A stretch of 64,000 nt of DNA from Octopus sinensis (GCF_006345805.1 NC_043009.1:60698001-60762000), one strand, 5' to 3'. Shown: positions 38,826 through 52,075, counted from the stretch's first letter. Translations and numbers: made by a program. Notes: generated by a model from the sequence alone, not told the origin.

Positions 38826-39490
38826 TAATAATAATAATAATAATTGTGTACAGTGCTCAGGTGCACTACAACTCATCATGGCAGTCAACAACTGACGCAG
38901 GCAGTTTGTTCCATGCTTCAGCAACTCTGAGCGTGAAAAAATGTTTCCGAAAGTCATGGGAGCTGTATTGTTTTCTGACTTTGTAGGCATGTCCACGTGA
39001 GTTAGACACATGGAGATCAAAAAGGTGTTCAGTGTTGTTGTTGGTGAGGTGATTGATAACTTTGTGGGTGTTTACCAAGTCCGTCGCCAAACACCGGAGC
39101 TTCAGTGAATCCATGCCCAGGGAAACAAGGCGCTCAGAATATGGTAGGTGTCTGATGGAGGGTATGCGTTTGGTTGCACGTCTCTGGACAGATTCCAGGA
39201 GGTCAATGTTCTGTGCAAGATAGGGGTTCCAAACTGATGATGCGAATTCCAAGTGTGGTCGTACCATAGCTGTATACAGTTTTAAATAGATGGCTGGAGA
39301 GCGGCTAACAAAAGACCTGCTGAGTGATGCCAAGACACCCTCGGCCTTCCTGACAATCTTAGAGATATGCTTTGACCAACGCAAATCACTGCTGACAGTG
39401 ATGCCTAGGTCACGCTCGCAAGAGGATTTCTTGATATCAGTGTTGTGGAGGGAGTATGTGAACGCAGGGTTTTTTCTCCCAAAATGCATG
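38826..39490 (-). mobile_element. CR1/L2-type LINE 3' fragment
   Basis: Translates to HFGRKN, ERDLGITVSSDL, LYTAMVRPHLEFASSVWNP, LESVQRRATK and RKHFFTLRVAEAWNKLP, with a (TTA)n tail. Shorter 3' ends occur at 51000-51360 and 51520-51610. Confidence 0.9.
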
Positions 39491-39835
39491 GGAGTGTGTG
39501 TGTGTGAGCGTGTGCTTGTATATGTATGCACCAGTGTCTCCTTGTGTGTGCATGTCTGTGTGTGTGTGTGTGTGTGTTTTGCAACTATGTACCATGTTTG
39601 TATGTATGGATGGACATCTCTATATTTGTGGACATGCATCTCCATGTGTCCTTGTGTTGCATAAAGTGTGTGTGTATATATGGTCATGTGTTTCAGTCTC
39701 CATTTGCGTATGTGTGCTTGTCTGCTCTTATAACCTATGTACCTATCCGTCTGTATGTTGATTTGTTTATTTTCATATCCATATGCTTACATACGTGTGC
39801 ATATACACATATATACCCCCCACACACACACACAC

Positions 39836-40032
39836 GGGTTGCGGATCCGTGGAACAAGCTGCCAGACGAGATGGTGAAGATGCCGACGACTGCTTTGTTC
39901 AAAGCCTCCCTGGACCTCAAGTGGCCTGAACTCTTTACATGAACACCACCCTGTACTTAACTCCATGTCCCCCTACATGGCCTTGCTATTTGCTTTTGAG
40001 CCAAATTAACTAACTAACTAACTAACTAACTA
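39836..40032 (+). mobile_element. CR1-type extreme 3' end, different family, (CTAA)n tail
   Basis: Translates to RVADPWNKLPDEMV...FKASLD, followed by a 3'UTR and (CTAA)n. Confidence 0.75.
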
Positions 40033-40342
40033 ACACACACACATATATACATATCTATCTACATAACAGCCCACTAACTCTTCTACTCTACCTGTGTAAA
40101 CTGTGGGTATTGAGGTATGATATCTGCTATGTATATTTCCTATTTAGTATTGGAGAAGTTTCATTTATAAGGATGTACTCCCATATTTGTCTATATATAT
40201 ATGTATATATATATATATATATATATAACCCATGCTACTACCATCCAACCCATGCTAGCATGGAAAACTGACGCTAAACGATGATGATGATGATGATTAC
40301 ATATATATTATATATATTATATATATATATATATATTATTAC

Positions 40343-40373
<31 letters not shown>

Positions 40374-40413
40374 ATATAACATACATACATACATACATAC
40401 ATACATACATACA

Positions 40414-40449
<36 letters not shown>

Positions 40450-40473
40450 TATTATATATATATATATATATAT

Positions 40474-40525
<52 letters not shown>

Positions 40526-41536
40526 TACATACATACATATATATATATTTAACCATAGTTAACAGTTCCGTCCATTGAGGTAGTGGTTCCCATCAAAATC
40601 CTTCCATGGACTCCTGAGAGAATTCTTCTTTTATTTCTTTACAGTTTAAATCCTTTTAAGATCTGCTTTGCCTTTTTTCCTTTCAGGATCCCTAAAATAA
40701 GATATCAGTCCAGTGTAATGGGTGGGTGGAACTGGTAGAGTGTTGCACAAAATACTTTTGCAGTATTTGTTTTGGGTTTTCACATTCTAAGTTCCCAAGG
40801 CAGATGTGATGGACTTACCTGTGTCTAGCCAACATTGGGTCTGCTACTCTGTACCCACCCCAACATTGCCTTTGTGGAGTCCACCACCAGAGTGGGAACC
40901 ACTTAACCCTACTGATGCAAACCCACCTAAAACTGTCTCAGCTTCTATGATACAAACTTCCTGTTTTAAATTAATCGAAATTAAAGCCTTCCTTGAAAAT
41001 TTCATATCGATCTCTCTTCAAGGCACCAGCTTAATAACGGTTTCAAATTTTAGCACAAGGCCAGCAATTTCAGGGGAGGAGTAAGTTAATTTCATTGACT
41101 CCAGTGCTCAACTGGTACTTATTTTATTGGCCCTATAAATTCCTTGATGGAATTTGAACTCAAAAGGTAAAAACAGATGAAACGCTTCTAAGCATTTTCC
41201 TCAACACCTTATACCAGTTTAATAATAACAAGATTATTTTATTAAAATATTTTATTATCTTTACAGTCAATTGAAACAAAAGTAGAGTATCTTAACAAAA
41301 ATAACAAAAGGGTTGTTAGTTCTTAGTAGGTACGAGCATAACGCCCCCACCCCCACCCCGGTCTAATTTCTACTACACGTACGTGAGGAGATATTGATAA
41401 ATCGGGTATGGCTGATCATGTGTGGAAAAACAGAGACCACAGATATAAATAGCATATGGGAACTGGTATTAAGGAAGGATAGGAAAATATTAGATTTATA
41501 AAGCCCTAAATTTCACAACACAATTGCTTACAGACA

Positions 41537-41583
41537 TATGGTGTAGTGGTTAAGAGCACAGGCTTCTAACCCCAAGATTCCAA

Positions 41584-41634
<51 letters not shown>

Positions 41635-41842
41635 TAATAATAACAATAATAATAATAACAATAATAATAATAATAATAATGATAATAATAATAACATTGG
41701 AAAAAATACCTTAGGAATGAGAACCCAGATTCGAAATTCCCCCAGGACACCTGATGAAGGCTGGAGGGTATATCAGCCGAAACGTTGTGTTGACAACAAA
41801 CAAGATGAGGACAAATATCCGTCAAATGTGAATAATGTAAAT
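41537..41842 (+). mobile_element. tRNA-head + (AAT)n + hammerhead composite SINE-like element
   Basis: TGGTGTAGTGGTTAAGAGCACAGG head, (AAT)n, then gacac CTGATGA a ggctg...cagcc GAAA cg TT gtgtt (41746-41791). The tail is shared with 11989-12029(-) and ~12398-12490(+). Confidence 0.7.
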
Positions 41843-42999
41843 CATTTTTGCTAATAGTGGAGTCTCAAGCCCTCAACACTTTTTAGCTTGGACTGGCATA
41901 CTACACTGCAAATTCTCCTCACTGACAATTCTCTAATTGGGTCCCACACATCCTAGCACCGGCCCTGTCGGTAATATATTGAGACATGATTCAGCAGAGT
42001 CAAGTGACTATATGAAAGATGTCTTTGCTTATTCTAAAGCAGCAGTTCTTAACTGGGATCTATGTGGGTCCTGAGGGTCTACATAAGATTTTTGGGGATC
42101 CATGCAACAAAATAGTAGTAAATTGAGGATCCACAATAGTATTTTAAGAGCCCCCTAAAAAGATTTTGTGTTGTATTGGTATGTATTGCAAGAAACAACT
42201 CGGTTTCTTTCTCCAACATTTTACAGAGTTCAACCAACACAAGTTGATGAGTGAAAAACAAAATAGGAATTTCGAAAGAAGTTTCTATAAAACTAGTGTT
42301 TAAACATTAAATGGCTATGGGGGTCCACCAGAATAAAAAAAATAATCAAAGAGGTTCATGGATAAAAAATATTCTTAGGTGAACTGTGACTGAAACAGAG
42401 GGTCATTGAACTACAGAATATTTCATATTGAATTTTTTTTTTATCAATATGGAGGTCTAAATCCCACGATTTTGATGGAGTCTGAGACCTCCTTTGGTCA
42501 CGACACAGACCATGGGATTGCACCTAGAACGTTACCCTCCCAGGCACAAGTCTGGGCAAGGTTGTTTATGGAAGACCAGCAGTCGCCCAAGCATACCGGC
42601 CACCCCTCTTCACACCACTGATGTTATCCAAGGGAAAGGCAAAGGGGTCGATACAGCTTGGCACCTGTGACGTCGCAACTCATTTCTACAGCTGAGTGAA
42701 CTGGAGCAACGTGAAATAGAGTGTCTTGCTCAAGAACACAACACGCAGCCTGGTCCAGGATTCGAACTCTCAACCTCACAATCGTAAGCTCGACGCTGTA
42801 ACCACTGAGCCATGCACCTTCATGGAGTAATCCCCAGTAATATATAAATAAGCACCATGGCAAATTTTCCTTTTCTTCTTACCTTGTGGGTTTGATGAAA
42901 TAAAATACTAGTCAAGTATAGTAGTTGATGTAATTGACTGCACCCAATCCACCTCTAATTTCATGGTAATGGAACGACCTATTGAAGGCCTCAGACTAA

Positions 43000-43395
43000 G
43001 GAAGATCTGGTGGTGAAATAGTGAGGTTGGCAGGGTTATAGAATTGAAAAGACAAGCTTGGAAAGACTGGAAAAATTTTAGCACCAAATAATTATACTAG
43101 AAGGAAAGCTAGGCTTCATATTTACATAGCAAAGGGAGAAATAGAAAATGTTTGCCAATGTTCTAAAGGCATAAGGTGTTTCAGATTGCAAGCCAGTATA
43201 TCAGAGAAAGTCGAGACGTTGTATGCTAGAAACATGTACTGATAGGTATTGATACACTTGAGCTTAGTGATTGTGAAAAGATAGAGGCATGGTAGTGCTA
43301 CTACGAAAGGTTCTTAATGTGGAGAATGCATGGGAGAAAGAATGTCTTTCCAACGTGAACCCAGCAGAGGGTCCAGCTGTCCTAGCTGACAGCAG
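43000..43395 (+). pseudogene. Highly decayed RTE LINE remnant
   Basis: Translates to IWW*NSEV...KRQAWKDWK and LNVENAWEKE...GPAV. Confidence 0.55.
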
Positions 43396-44029
43396 TAAAT
43401 AAATAGTGCAAATGTAATTGACTTGTCCCCTCTCCCAAAACTGCAGGCCTTGTGCCAAAATTTGAAATTAGTATGTATATCTCTTTAGACCTGGTGTTGA
43501 GGCAAATATTAAAATATTTTTAAAACCCTAAAGCTAAAAGCAAGAGTTTAAAAAATTATGATCTTATAAACAACAACTCTTCTCAGGGAATTAGACAGCA
43601 ATATACTGCAGCCCATACAATTAACTCTACTCCTCCCCTTGAATTATTATTCTCGTGTCTGGGAACAAATTCATTAGCAAATTTTCTAAATGAACTTTAT
43701 TCCATAGATTATCTCCTAATGATTTGGATTTTCACTCTTAGTGGTGGCCACTTCACTTCACTTACATCTTTTAATGCATAAACATTATAGGCCACTCTTT
43801 CACTCATTGATAATATATCAGTTATTATCATTCTGCCACTAATACTCCGACTCATACCAGCATAGAACACGAATGTGAAATGATGGTGATGGTGATAATG
43901 ATGATGAAGAGGGAAGGATGGAGGAGGAGGAGAGGAGGAGGAGGAGGAGGAGGAGTTGCTTAATCTAAAGAATTTGTTTCAAGTTGCACTATTGATTATA
44001 TATTTTGTATAATATATATTTTGTATTTA

Positions 44030-44188
44030 CTGTACTAATTGCTAATTAAATTAACTGGAATGCGTTACTTCCGCTTCCAGGTTACACTCAAAGATGTGGA
44101 ATTACTGCTTTATATAAACTGGACACTAACAACCAATTGAAGGAAAGGTAACCAATTCTTTACCTGCACTGCATGATATTCTTCAATC
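44030..44188 (+). promoter_or_regulatory. Splice acceptor and 5'UTR portion of the coding exon
   Basis: Branch-like TACTAAT/GCTAAT at ~44033-44046 and TTACTTCCGCTTCCAG|G at 44080/44081. Confidence 0.7.
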
Positions 44189-45397
44189 ATGGCAAATGCT
44201 TTATGGATTTTTAAATTATTATTGTTGCTCGGACTTTCAGTGCTACTATACACAGTATTTCTATTGGTTCCTAGACCAAGCGTCTCACAAAAACTCCACA
44301 AATTCAAAGAAGACTTCGTTTCTGTATACAAAAGTAGACTTCAACAGAAAATACCAGAAGTGGAAGTATTACCAATTCCAACAGAACATAATGTTTTCTC
44401 TCAGAGTTTTATTGAACCTAAAACAAACCCAGTTAAGGAAAATTTGCCAAAAGAGCATCTTGATCAGTGGTTAAGACGTTTCCATCCACAACCTACAGAC
44501 AAATTTGACCATTCAAAACATAAGCATTTCCAAAAAACACTTATTTCTAATGACAGTCTGTGTCGTAATTCAGCTGTTGATATCTTGGTATATATTCAGA
44601 GTTCTCCAGAGAACCATGCACGACGACAAGCAATCCGTGAGAGTTGGGGAAATGGGGCAGTTTTTCTAGATATATATATGAAACTTGTGTTTGTGGTTGG
44701 TAAATCAACCAATAAGGAAAGCCAACACAAAATAAAAGCAAGCATTACTTACGAAAGTATACAATACAAAGATATTCTTATGCTTGACATTGTGGACACC
44801 TTCCAAAACATAACTTTGAAAAGTATAAATGCTCTTCACTGGATTTATAATATTTGCCCACAGGCAAAATACATTCTCAAGACAGATGATGATATTTATG
44901 TAAACATTTTTCAACTTATCGAGTATTTTATGCCTCAAGTGTGGAATAAAGAAAAAGCAATAATTTGCCATTATAAAACTGAAGGAACAAGTCCAATTGT
45001 TCGGGCCTCAAATAGTAAATGGTATATTCCTAACAACGTCTTTGTTGGAAAGCAATATTATCCTTTTGGTTTCTGCACTGGTTATGCCATTCTCTTCACA
45101 TCAAATCTTCTCCCAGAAATGTACAACATGTCTCTCAGAGTGCCTTACATTGGAATCGACGATGTCTATGCTTTCGGTCTGTTGCTAAAAGACATAAAAA
45201 ATATTACTGTTATCAATGCACAACGCAACTTTACTCTTAACCAAAATGCTGCTCTTTCTGAATATGAAGGTTCAAAACCAATATCACATGTTGTGGCAAG
45301 TGCCTGGGCCCAAAACAGTATGAGTCGCTTCTGGTACGCTACCATCCGCAAACTTTCTAATTGGGGAAAATTACATTGTAAATTGAGCACCAAATAA
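44189..45397 (+). CDS. Beta-1,3-galactosyltransferase-like / GT31 (Galactosyl_T) type II Golgi glycosyltransferase, 402 aa, single coding exon
   Basis: N-terminal TM anchor (LWIFKLLLLLGLSVLLYTVFLLV), stem region, SSPENHARRQAIRESWG, VFVVG, ESIQYKDIL..DIVDTFQNITLK, DxD motif KTDDDIYVN, KWYIP, YPFGFCTGYAI and IDDVYAFGLL. The ORF is intact. Confidence 0.95.
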   Translation: MANALWIFKLLLLLGLSVLLYTVFLLVPRPSVSQKLHKFKEDFVSVYKSRLQQKIPEVEVLPIPTEHNVFSQSFIEPKTNPVKENLPKEHLDQWLRRFHPQPTDKFDHSKHKHFQKTLISNDSLCRNSAVDILVYIQSSPENHARRQAIRESWGNGAVFLDIYMKLVFVVGKSTNKESQHKIKASITYESIQYKDILMLDIVDTFQNITLKSINALHWIYNICPQAKYILKTDDDIYVNIFQLIEYFMPQVWNKEKAIICHYKTEGTSPIVRASNSKWYIPNNVFVGKQYYPFGFCTGYAILFTSNLLPEMYNMSLRVPYIGIDDVYAFGLLLKDIKNITVINAQRNFTLNQNAALSEYEGSKPISHVVASAWAQNSMSRFWYATIRKLSNWGKLHCKLSTK

Positions 45398-45932
45398 AAA
45401 AAAACACAGTAATTGAGTGAGTGTAGTATATGTGTGTGTGTGTATTTGTCATATACAATGTGTTACTTGTTCTTCTTTTTGCTAACTTTTCCACATTCAA
45501 AAAAAAAAAAAAATATATACAGAAAGAGAAAGAAAATATTTTTAGTGAAAACAAAAATCTCTCTTTAATTTTCTTTGTGACACCAGTTTCAAATTTGAGG
45601 CCGTTCTCTAAAGGACTTTAAGGATTCTGGTTATGCTCAGCTCATGAGTATGTTTCTGTAAAGTTCTATACATTTCAAGGATTAAAAAAAAAATTTGAAC
45701 ATTTTAATTTTATATTTTGTTTTTCATTTTTATTTTATTTTTTTCTGCAAAGAGTGCTGGAATTTAAAACTTGTTACCATCATCATCATCATCAATGACA
45801 TTTAATGTCTGTTTTCTATGCTGGCAAAAGTTGGCCGGCTTGACAGGAACTGGCAAGGCCAAGCACTGCACCATTATCTTTAGTCAGTTTTGGCTTGGTT
45901 TCTATGGCTGGATGTCCTTCCTAACACCAGCT

Positions 45933-46415
45933 ACCTATTTCTTTACTACCCACAAGGGGCTAATCACAGAGGAGACAAACAAGGACAGACAAACGCATTA
46001 AGTCGATTATATCGACCCCAATGCATAACTGGTACTTAATTTATCGACCCTGAAAGGATGAAAGGCAAAGTCGACCTCGGCGGAATTTGAACTCAGAACG
46101 TAACAGCAGACGAAATACGGCTACGCATTTCGCCCAGCATGCTAACGTTTCTGCCAGCTTGCTGCCATCCTAACACCAGTGACCTATTTCTTTACTACCC
46201 ACAAGGGGCTAATCACAGAGGGGACAAACAAGGACAGACACACGGATTAAGTCGATTACATCGACCCCAGTGCATAACTGGTACTTAATTTATCGACCCT
46301 GAAAGGATGAAAAGCAAAGTCGACCTCGGCAGAATTTGAACTCAGAACGTAACGGTAGATGAAATACGGCTACGCATTTCGCCTGGCATGCTAACATTTC
46401 TGCCAGCTTGCTGCC
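45933..46415 (-). mobile_element. Tandem pair of tRNA-derived SINEs nested in a (GAT)n-tail SINE
   Basis: Two ~250-bp units, with TCCTAACACCAG repeated at each junction. Confidence 0.8.
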
Positions 46416-47570
46416 ATCCTAACACCAGCTACCTTACAAAATGTACAGGGTGCTTTTTACATGGCACTATCACCAGTGTTTTTGACATGGCACCAGCACC
46501 CACACCAATACTTTTTGCATGGCACCGTGGTTTTAGGATCCCAATTCTATTGTGGTGGATGAATCTTCTCAAGTATTGCAACGTGGCACATATCTCGGTC
46601 TTCTGTCATCTTCTTCACAAGGTTTGGTGTTTTGTCCCATGGTTTCCTGATACTCTCTGTGTATGTGTGTGTATGAAAGAGAGAGAGAGAGAAAGATAGG
46701 AACAAATAGCTCGTGTAAAGTGGCTGTATTCTTATCCTTTACATATAAATTATACATTAACCCTTTAGCTTTTAAACCGGGCCATATCCAGCCAAAAGTA
46801 CTCTGCCTGTTTGATGTTCAAACTGACCAGATCTGGTCTCTCACACCAACCCTACAATATCATTTTAAAAGTTAACAGTTACCTCATCAAAATCTCAAAG
46901 CTACAACATAATGCATGATTAGTTCAAAACAATGTGGATAAAAAAGGATTAATTTTGGCAGAATAATGCAAACACTAAAGGGTTAAAGACAACATATGCT
47001 CCCATGAACTTATGCTGGATTCCCTAACTACACAAATGTATAAGTATAGCACATATTCATGACATGATTCATAGGAAAAACATATGCATATGAACTTATG
47101 AATTTATAACTCCATGGGCCCAGTTTGGTGTCAAAAATCTATGAAATCTCATTAATTAAATCAATGAAAGCCATGAAATCCCAAACATGGGCAAAACAGA
47201 TAACAATTAAGATATTCTTATAAGTTACTTCCTGTAATCTGTGTATTCGTTTTGAAATCTTGTTCACTCTCATGTAACCACATGTATTCTTATCCAAAAT
47301 GGAAATGAGTTCAACTACCCTACTTTCAGGTGGGATAGTTGAGGCTTGTTGGCTTTTAACCCACAAAGTATATATTATTTATATATATTCATATATATTC
47401 CTGAAGGCGCAGGAGTGGTTGTGTGGTAAGTAGCTTGCTTACCAACCACATGGTTCCGGGTTCAGTCCCACTGGGCAAGTGACTTCTACTATAGCCTCGA
47501 GCCAACCAAAACCTTGTTAGTGCATTTGGTAGACAGAAACTGGAAGAAGCCTGTCATATATATATATATA

Positions 47571-47964
47571 TCTTTATATATGAAAGTCAAGTTGTGTGTC
47601 TGTCTCCTACAATTTAGATTCCTAACTACTCCCACATTTTGCGGTGCAGTTTAACCAAGTATCTTATAGTCGGGATTCATATCGAGCCCTTCTGGGTATT
47701 AGCGCGCGTCTATGATGAGTCTACAATTTTAAAAAAAATTTACCATCATTTTTTTCCATTTTAATGCATTTTTTTCGCTATTATATAAGGGAAGTAACTC
47801 TCTAAAAATGTCTACGATGAGTCAACGATTTCTAAAAAAATTTACCATCATTTTTTTTTCCATTTTTAATGCATTTTTTTGCTATTTTTTGGCTATAACT
47901 CTCTAAAAATGCTTATATAGTTATTTCCCTTACAAACCCGATCAACGCCGGGCGATACTGCTAG
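47571..47964 (+). mobile_element. Non-autonomous Helitron
   Basis: 5' TC, 3' hairpin CCCG...CGGG and a CTAG terminus; inserted A^T within (TA)n. Confidence 0.75.
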
Positions 47965-48164
47965 TATATATATATATATATATAAACCACCAAGTAAGTT
48001 AGGGGTTGTGGATCCAACCCACTAAGGGATAATATTTATCCAATATACTGTTGGTATAATACCCAAATTATTAATACACAAGTGTTTTCAATTGCAATGC
48101 AATAAACTTACTTATTTTATTAAATGGGTGAAGGTAAAGAAATATTTTATCATTAATTTGTATT

Positions 48165-48467
48165 ACAAATAAGAAGATAGAGAAACACATTAGTTGGTTT
48201 ATCAGCTTTTAGGATATTAGAATGTTGACTTATTTATTTATCAAAATGACAACCATAACATATATACATATAGTATATTATTCAATGCATATAAGATAAG
48301 AATACAAGTAGTTATTAAAAAAAACATTAATATAAATTGTTAAAATCATCTAACAATTTATGTTGTTGTATGTTATTAAGGTTGTCGTTTTGTTAAATAA
48401 ATAAGTCAACGTTCTAATCTCCTAAAGCTGATATACCGTCTAATGTGTTTCTCCATTTTCTTATTTG

Positions 48468-48470
<3 letters not shown>
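48165..48470. repeat. Diverged fold-back (~100-bp arms) with left tail to ~47985, in (TA)n
   Basis: TACAAATAAGAA...GTTGACTTATTTATTTA pairs with TAAATAAATAAGTCAAC...TTCTTATTTGTA. Confidence 0.75.
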
Positions 48471-48498
<28 letters not shown>

Positions 48499-48510
48499 TT
48501 TATATATATA

Positions 48511-48550
<40 letters not shown>

Positions 48551-48586
48551 TATTAATATATATATATATAATATATATATAATATA

Positions 48587-48626
<40 letters not shown>

Positions 48627-50333
48627 ATATATTTATATATATATACATATACATATATACATATACATATATATGTATATATATTATGGTGTGTGTGTGT
48701 GTGTGTGTGTGTATGATTGTGTGTCTGTGTTTGTCCCTCCACCATCACTTGACAACCAGTGTTGGTGTGTTTATGGCCCCCGTAACTTAGTAGTTCGGCA
48801 AAAGAGACAGTAAAATAAGTACCAGGCTTACAAAGAATAAGTCCTGGGGTCGATTTTTCTGACTAAATATGGCACTCCAGCATGGCCTCAGTCAAATGAC
48901 TGAAACAAATAAAAGAATAAAAGAACATATGTATGTATATATATATAATATATGTCTGTGTGTGTGTGGGCAGGGAGTGGGGAAATGTGTGTATGTGTGT
49001 GTATGTGAGTATTTATGTGTGCTCTTGTCTAGACACCAAGTGATGGTTGTAAGTAGTCATCGTTGTCATACAAACATGTCTGGCCATGGGGGAAATTTTG
49101 TTTGGAAACAGACGAAGGTTAGCAGCAGAAAGAGCATCCAGTCATAGAAAATCTGTTTCTATGAGTTCCATGTGACCCCTTGCAAGCATGGAAAACTGGA
49201 TGTTAAATGATGATGATGATGATGAAGTATATACAAAGGTGTATGTCTGTGTGTGTGTGTGTGTGTGTGCTTGCATTGTGTGTAGTGTGTGTGTTTCTAT
49301 ATATATATGTATATCAATATATATTTCTTTATTGCCCACAAGGGGCTAAACATAGAGGGGACAAACAAGGACAGACAAAGGGATTAAGTCGATTATATCG
49401 ACCCAGTGCCAAACTGGTACTTTATTTATCGACCCCGAGAGGATGAAAGGCAAAGTCGACCCCAGCGGAATTTGAACTCAGAACGTAACGACAGACGAAA
49501 TACAGCTAAGCATTTTGCCCGGCGCGCTAATGTTTTTGCCCGGCTCGCCGCCTTTTGTATATCAATATATGCTTGTATGTATATGTATGTGTGATGTGGG
49601 CATGTGTACGTGTGTGTCTATACGCACACATGTAAATGGAGAATGTACCTCATACAGTGTGAAAGTTAAATATAAACAGTCTTGACTTAATCCCGCATTA
49701 CTCGATGTTTTGTAGGCATAAATCTATGCATCTGGTTTTGAAAACCCTTTAAGAATAAAAAGACTAAGTGGAAAGCAGTGGGTTCTGAGTAAAAATAGTT
49801 GGGATTCAGTTCAAGTCACTTGCTGAAGTTGACAGTTCAGCAACAAGGGATTCTCGTTGTTGTTCCTCGTGGCTTAACAGACAGCCTAGCAACACTAACT
49901 TGTCTATCACCTGTAGAAGTTGACAGGTCAAGAACAGTAAGTGAAAATGTATGCACACGGCTATTGTTCTAAGTGGCAAAGTCAACAATTAAGCAGTGTG
50001 AGGTGTATTTGATGTGGGCGGTTGTAATAGTTGTTGGGTGTTAGTAATGAAAAACAATATGAGGCAGTAGTGATAGCCAACAGGAGGGGAATAATCTCAC
50101 TATGGGCAAGTAAAGAAATTAGTGATCAAAAATTTGAAATTAATTAAATAATAATCATCATCATCATCATCATCATCGTTTAACGTCCGCTTTCCATGCT
50201 AGCATGGGTTGGACGGTTCAACTGGGGTCTGGGAAGCCCGAAGGCTGCACCAGGCCAGTCAGATGTGGCAGTGTTTCTACAGCTGGATGCCCTTCCTAAC
50301 TCCAACCACTCCGAGAGTGTAGTGGGTGATTTT

Positions 50334-50790
50334 ATGTGCCACCGACACAGGTGCCAGACGAGGCTGGCAGACGGCCACGCTCGGATGGTGTTTTTTATGT
50401 GCCACCGACACAGGTGCCAGACGAGGCTGGCAGACGGCCACGCTCGGATGGTGTTTTTTATGTGCCACCGACACAGGTGCCAGACGAGGCTGGCAGACGG
50501 CCACGCTCGGATGGTGTTTTTTATGTGCCACCGACACAGGTGCCAGACGAGGCTGGCAGACGGCCACGCTCGGATGGTGTTTTTTATGTGCCAACCGACA
50601 CAGGTGCCAGACGAGGCTGGCAGACGGCCACGCTCGGATGGTGTTTTTTATGTGCCAACCGACACAGGTGCCAGACGAGGCTGGCAGACGGCCACGCTCG
50701 GATGGTGTTTTCTTATGTGTCACCGACACAGGTGCTAGACGAGGCTGGCGGACGGCCACGCTCGGATGGTGTTTGTTACGTGCCCTCAGC
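50334..50790. repeat. 63-bp minisatellite (~7 near-identical units) inside a SINE (50155-50975, minus)
   Basis: Unit ATGTGCCACCGACACAGGTGCCAGACGAGGCTGGCAGACGGCCACGCTCGGATGGTGTTTTTT; 21-aa periodicity in the ORFs. Confidence 0.95.
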
Positions 50791-52075
50791 ACGGAGGCCA
50801 GTCATTGCGGTACTGGCTACGGTCACGTTCGGATGGTTTTCTTATGTGCCACCGGCACTGGTACCACAAGGATACAAATTCCATTGATGTTCATCTATTT
50901 TGATTTGGTTCGATTTGATTTGATACGATTCGATTCTATTCTCACTTGCCTCAACAGGTCTTCACAAGTGTCACAAGAAGGAAGGTATGCACAATAATAA
51001 TGAAATTATTGTATACAGTGCTCAGGTGCACCACAACTTGTCAGAAAGTGCGTATAAAATATATGCAGTTATGTACAAATGTCTGGGAAGTGAGCAGTGT
51101 ATGAGTCAAATACATGCTTGTGTGTGTATGGAGGAGAGGAAATCAGGTGTAGTGTTGGCGAATCTCAGGAAGCATAGAAGTTTTGAAAGATGCAATGCTC
51201 TGACTACTAACAACTGATGCCGGCAGTTTGTTCCATGCTTCAGCAACTCTTAGCATGAAAAAATGTTTCCAAAAGTCATGGGAGCTGTGCTGTTTTCTGA
51301 CTTTGTAAATATGTCCATGGGTGTTAGACAGATGGAGTTTGAAAAGGTGCTCAGAGTTATTGTTTGTAAGATGGTTAATAATTTTTCAACAGCCTCACTA
51401 CAGTTAAGACATTTCTGGTGAGGTTGAATTGCTGTGGTATATATAAGAAAATGGTGAATGTTCCAGAATCTTCTATTCACATTTTGGTACAAAAACCCAG
51501 ATGATTCTTTTGATGTGTACCGGTGTGTATGGAGGGGAGAAAATCAGGTGCAGTGTTGGTGAATCTCAGGAAGCATGGAAGTTTTGAAGGATGCAGTGCT
51601 CCGACAAATAACAGGGTACTTTTTTAATAGCAGCAAAATAACAGATAGGTTTTTGTTGATACTGCCGTTTGTTATGATGTTTACTACTTGCCATGGAGAT
51701 AAAGCTGGCAAAATTGAGTTCTGTGTAAGTGAGGAGGTGCCTTATCAGAAATGCTAAGTGTAGCATTAGGGAAACTGTTTCACCGGTAACAGAATCACCC
51801 GATGAAACCAGAGAAGGGAAGCTCCTGAAGAAGTGAATTACTGTGTTGAAATCCCTGATCGTTAGGTTCGTATAATTTTATGGGATCATCTAGTTTGACA
51901 AATGGCTCTACAGAATATAATTTGTAAGGAGAGGGGCCAGAGAAAATTCAAAGGGATTTCAGCTGTTGAAGAATGTGGTGTCGGTGGAATCTGAGTAGCT
52001 ATAATGTCTTCTTTTCAGTAGTTGTGCTGTCCAGTTTTGGAAGCAATGATATCTATCTATCTATCTATCAGTCTG

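Noticed and set aside
45392-45404. AATAAA plus A-run at the stop codon as a retrogene signature
   Set aside because: Single coding exons are common in GT31 genes, the A-run is short, no TSD is seen and an upstream acceptor exists.
50334-50790. CRISPR-like array or repeat protein (ORFs of 171-223 aa)
   Set aside because: There are no unique spacers or cas genes, and the context is a eukaryotic SINE. The ORFs are open in several frames only because the unit is 63 bp.
51795-51860. CCGATGA / CTGAAGA hammerhead-like words (also CTGATGA at 13349)
   Set aside because: No matching stem II-GAAA-stem III-UH arrangement could be built.
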